NCBI RefSeq assembly: GCF_000143415.4
Contig: NW_003314485.1
Location: 1-37,778 of the forward strand
Length of the DNA stretch: 37,778 nucleotides
Source: Selaginella moellendorffii
Lineage: Eukaryota > Plantae > Lycopodiophyta
Direction of reading: 5' to 3'
Each line of letters starts with the position of its first letter. The first letter of the stretch is position 1. The translations under genes and the position numbers were made by a program. The notes below the pieces were generated by a model. The model ran no database searches. It was not told the DNA's origin and worked only from the letters and a program-made list of their open reading frames with translations. Positions 33,442 to 37,778 of this stretch are shown here, piece by piece.

Positions 33442-36400
33442 CGGGGGGCTGGGTAGTTTTTGAGCTGAGCTCACGAGCTGAGCTCAAGTCAATGAAAGTC
33501 AACGAAAGTCAACGGAAGTCAATACAATCCCCTAACTAGCGAAAGTTTAATGGCACTACCTTAGTTCGTCCTGAACCAAGAATTTTTAACATAAAATCTA
33601 GGTGTTTAAGGTATTCCATAAGCTCATGTAGATTATTGGTTCGACATGAACTAATCTTTTAGTCTACAAAAAAAGAAAATAATATATTAAACAATATAAT
33701 TTATATTAAAATCAGAATATATTCAATCTTCTTCTGCTTCCATATCCAGAAAAGTAGAAATGGGTATAGTGGAATGCTCCTTCACTATAGGCTCGTGTTG
33801 TATGTAATGTTGTGCCATACGTTCAGCATAAATAGGTAAGTGGAATTGACTTTGGTCCATATGATCATCCATATCATCAAGATCAAGCGTGTGGACTGAA
33901 ACACTGTGTGTGATAAGTGTAGACCTAATAAAATAGAAACATTTGAGAATAAATATTATAGATTATTTCAAGCACTAACATCACCTGTCGCAAAATCTCC
34001 TAAGAATGTCCTCAAAGGCACCCTCCTTCTCAAGTGCAAAAACCGCTCGGCCTGTCTCTTTTGCTGCCTGCACCATTGATCCAAATCCTGCTGTAGCATC
34101 AAGCACAATCCCCTTTGGCGGACAAAATAACTCCAACAAGATTTGCATGGCCGTGACCGAACGATGTCGATAACCAGGGAACGCTGGGTGAAGAACGTCC
34201 GAGTCAATCACATTTGGGATGATGTCTGTAGAGCTGTCATATCCTGGTAAAGCAAGAGCAGCACGCTCGTCAGCTCGTGTGGCATTACGCCGGTTCCCAA
34301 TGTGGCATAGAGCATGGTAGTTCCAGGAATAAATCTGGAAAAAAAAAATAGAATAGAGTTAATTTATAGATAAAGAAGTCACACACCTTTCGCGTCTGCC
34401 TGCTAGTGCCTTTTGTGTCCACCGCCATACTCGAAAGAAGGCAGCCAGATGAAAACTCAACAAATCCATCATCGTTGTCAGCCAAGTGTGCGAGAAGGCC
34501 TTCCCACATTAGAGAGCGAGGAAGGATCATGACAACCACACCCTCGTATGTCATAAAGCTGCTCGCAACCTTTAAGGCTTGGGAAATGTGTTGGGCCTGC
34601 AACACATTCCATGACGGAGTATCCCCCTGTGGTGGTGCCATCCCATCGGGAAGATCAAAAAAGATGAAATCGATCTTCCCATAAGGTGTGAGCTGACCCA
34701 AACCATGGATCCACCGATCAAGCATGTAGAGCTCCCGACTAGTAGCATCTAAAAGCTGTGTGTAATCCCCAATGAGAATAGCAACTTCCCCAACACTGGC
34801 CGTTGGGGATAGAGGGCGAACCTGAAAATCAATTATTAGAACTAAAAAGTTGAAGATAAAATTCATGCTTACTAACCTGTTTATGCATCGCTGCAGAGGA
34901 GAGCTCTTCTAGGTCGTCATCTGTAGCCGTAGGGAGGGATGGGAAGAATGTCTTAGTCCGCCGAAAAGACTGATGGCTGCTCTCTGCAACATCTATAAAA
35001 AAAAAAGTGAAGTCAAGAATGAATAAAAGAATGTTCCAAATCAAAGTCCTTACTCTCATGAAAGGTTTCATGACGGCCCCTTCGGGGGTTGCGAGGAGCA
35101 GGTACTGGAATCTCTTGTGCTGGAATTTCCTGTACAATTTCCTCTGGTTCAACAGTATTTGGATTTGGCATGGTTTCCTGAGTGCTGACTTCTAGGTTTA
35201 GTTGTTGAACTTCAACAATGTCGGTATCACAGTCAGAAAGAGCCTCTGGAAAATAAGAATATAACTCAAGGTTAATATTTCCTAGCTAAGTGCTGAGTTT
35301 CAAGTGAACCTGGATGACATTCAAGGTAGAGATCTAGCTCGAAGTCCGATGTTGGCATCTGCTCCACGAGTTCAAGGTACCACGGGCATAGCTCCCTCTC
35401 ATGTGTACAAGGACAGTAGAACTCTGGCTCATACATCCCAAGCTTCTTGCCTCTAGTCAGGAGCTTCTGCAAAACACCGGTTGTGTATACCGGTGCGCCG
35501 GGGCTATATTTTAAATATCTACAAAGTAAAACAAAAATATAAATACCAATATATAAATGAGAATTGAAAAAATACCTGTAAACCATGCGCCTCGCAAGAA
35601 ATGGTTGTCCTGGTTGGTTCTTGAACTCAGCCGAACTCGTCCCACCACGTGGAAGCCAACCATTCCCTAGCTCCGCAAGACAAGCACGAATATATTCTTC
35701 GAGAGTGATACCTGTGCGGGTGCTGGAAAGAAACTTCTCATCCCAGACTTGTAGCATCTCCTCACCAGCGGCAATACTCTGAGAAATGTACGCCTTCTCC
35801 TTCATCACCTTCTCCATCCTTATCTCGCAGCGTTTTTCGTTATTTCGCAGCCAAGTGTTGAGAAGTTCCAAGCAGACACTTTGTTCAGCAAAGGACATTT
35901 TACTCTTAGAGATGTTGTAAATGAGTTCCTCCGGTGCTTTACCAGTTCCTACACACACAAAGAGTTATGAAATGTTTCACAAATTTTATAAGAACTTACG
36001 AACGCGAGAACAAATCTCGGCAATGCTATCAAGCCATTCCTGCCCGCGTCGTATGTCTGCAATCGAGAGCAACTTTTTCACCTTTGTTCTCTTCGTATTC
36101 AAAATTCGCTGCTCAATCGCATGCCACTCCATCTCCTTCTGCTGCTCGTCCCCTCGAGCATTTTTAAAGAATGACGCTCTTTCTCCTTTGATTATGGGCT
36201 GCAAGAAACATTATGTAAGTTGATACATACTTCAATAATAATTTACCTTCGCCCAGACAGCAACTAGAAAATCAAGTGGCAGTTGGTACCAAGTCTGCAA
36301 TTCTTGGCCTTTCCTAGCTCCTAGCTTCACTCGAATTGCTTCAAATACCTCACGATTGTACAACGTTTGGACCTCCTCTAGCGAGAGCATGCCCATAAAC

Positions 36401-37778
36401 CGAAGGTGCTCAATGTCATGTACCAATGTATGAGCTTGAAACGCAAATTGGTTTAGCCTGCAAAAACACGATATTAGCTAAGTTTACAAAAAATAAATTC
36501 TTACATGTTGATCTTATGGCATGCCATGTTGAGCTTCACAGTGTGCTCTCGAGTCATTGGTTCGACAAGTGTGACTGGAACACTAATGTGTCGTTCTTCG
36601 TCATCTCGGAACTTCTCTTGAATGCACTTCCAAAATGCCAGCCACCTATGGTTTCCATCGATCACCCAAAAGAGCTTTCCAATGAACCCTGCTGTCTCCA
36701 CATGTTGTCCTAAGAATCCATCAAACTCACGAGACTTTCGCAGCCATATAGGATCCCATTTTTCCTCAAGTTCAGTAGTCACTGACTCTGTCCGGCCGGT
36801 TCCAGGGAAAGTTGGTGAAACGATGAAGGTACCAGCTGTGCTCCCAAACCCGACCTCGGCAAAGGAGCTGTAGATAGCCATGTTGAGGTCGTAAGCTGAG
36901 CGCACCCAATGGCTTTGAACCAATCGGCACAAAGGAACTAGAAATCGATGAGGGCCATTCCACGCCATTTCCTGTAACACTTTACTGACTGTCCGTTCTT
37001 GAGCTTGGATAATTGTGTCCCGAACACGATCATTCAAGATGGTGTCAGAATCATGCATGCATAATCCCTCACCACCATTAGCTCCCCCTGCACCACCAGC
37101 CTGAGGAGCAGTAGGAGCAGCTACCATGCCCCCAGTAGCCTCTGTAGTAGATCCACCTACAACGCTACCAATAACGTCCTCAGCTGGTTCATTGACCTGG
37201 CCGCGAGCAGCCTCAGCAACCGAAGGCATAGCACCCCCACCACCGCCAACATCAGATGCAAGTACCCCACCACCAGTACCCGCAGCCTCAGGAACACCAG
37301 TACCAACAGCCTCAATAACACCAACATCGATTTGAGTGTTCATCTCAACATCCACGTCATTGTTATACTCATCGTTGCCTCCAGCATGACTAGCCGAAAC
37401 TTCATTAGATACTTGAGATGAATCTCCACTCAATCGGCCAAGCCCACAGCGATCAAGGCGGCTGCCTTTTCCTGGAGATCGAGACCATTGAGGTTGGCCT
37501 CGGCGCTTCCTCTAAAATAAAAAGCAAAACTATTAAAACATCTAACTTGTAATGTAAAGCAAACCTGTGGCATTTGAAGTTCAAGTCCCTTTTTGGAAGT
37601 TTCAAGCAGTCAAGTTTGATTTATATCTGCTCTCACAAGAAAAGTTTGTAAGTTAAAGATGTGCAAAATAGATTGTAAACTACAAGAAATGCAAAGGAAA
37701 AAACAAGCTCAGGTTGGCGATATAACGCCCTTCGTAGCTGACCTTCCGTCTGCCCCCCTCTTCAAAGCGTTTTATTTT
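33442..37778 (-). mobile_element. ParB-methyltransferase element (extends beyond the window)
   Basis: Terminus and subterminal repeats are shared with 26-1264; it abuts the PLE coding region at 33441. No transposase is visible in the window. Confidence 0.7.
33723..37511 (-). CDS. Multi-exon ParB/Srx-like domain + beta-class N4C/N6A DNA methyltransferase-like fusion protein
   Basis: FWVIDGNHRWLAF (ParB-like) in 36501-37433; about 9 short GT-AG introns; CPCTHERELCPWY Cys motif; IDFIFFDLPDG; VLDATAGFGS...GRAVFALEKE; acidic tail with stop at 33723-33725. More 5' exons likely lie upstream. Confidence 0.72.

Noticed and set aside
26-34683. 1.24-kb inverted repeats as TIRs of one giant ~35-kb transposon
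   Set aside because: The terminus-like ends face inward and the gene continues outward past 34683, which fits two separate insertions better.

Overview
Eukaryotic, repeat-dense plant DNA. The ~50-bp GT-AG introns, chromovirus, Cassandra TRIM, CYP71-clan and LRR fragments suggest a compact non-seed vascular plant such as Selaginella (inference). No intact host gene is evident; the window is a stack of transposons and gene fragments. (1) An 11.4-kb TIR DNA transposon (2187-13602; 28-bp TIRs) carries a Sola-like DDD transposase, a tandem partial duplicate of it, and a divergent multi-exon cargo unit with a degenerate amino-methyltransferase-like fold, acidic linkers and an FCP1/NIF-type HAD domain. 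The element is studded with about 16 full-length copies of a 22-bp palindrome, ATGGCRTG-N6-CAYGCCAT. (2) A second element family, present as two near-identical inverted copies (26-1264 and 33442-37778), encodes a spliced ParB-like + beta-class N4C/N6A DNA methyltransferase-like fusion. (3) Other content: a complete Cassandra TRIM with 5S-rRNA-derived LTRs and a 5-bp TSD, a decayed Ty3/Gypsy chromovirus, a Naiad/Chlamys-type Penelope-like retroelement, Merlin/ISXO2 and LINE fragments, and pseudogene fragments (fungal-type BBE oxidase, LRR, P450). Family assignments come from motif recognition by eye, not from database searches.
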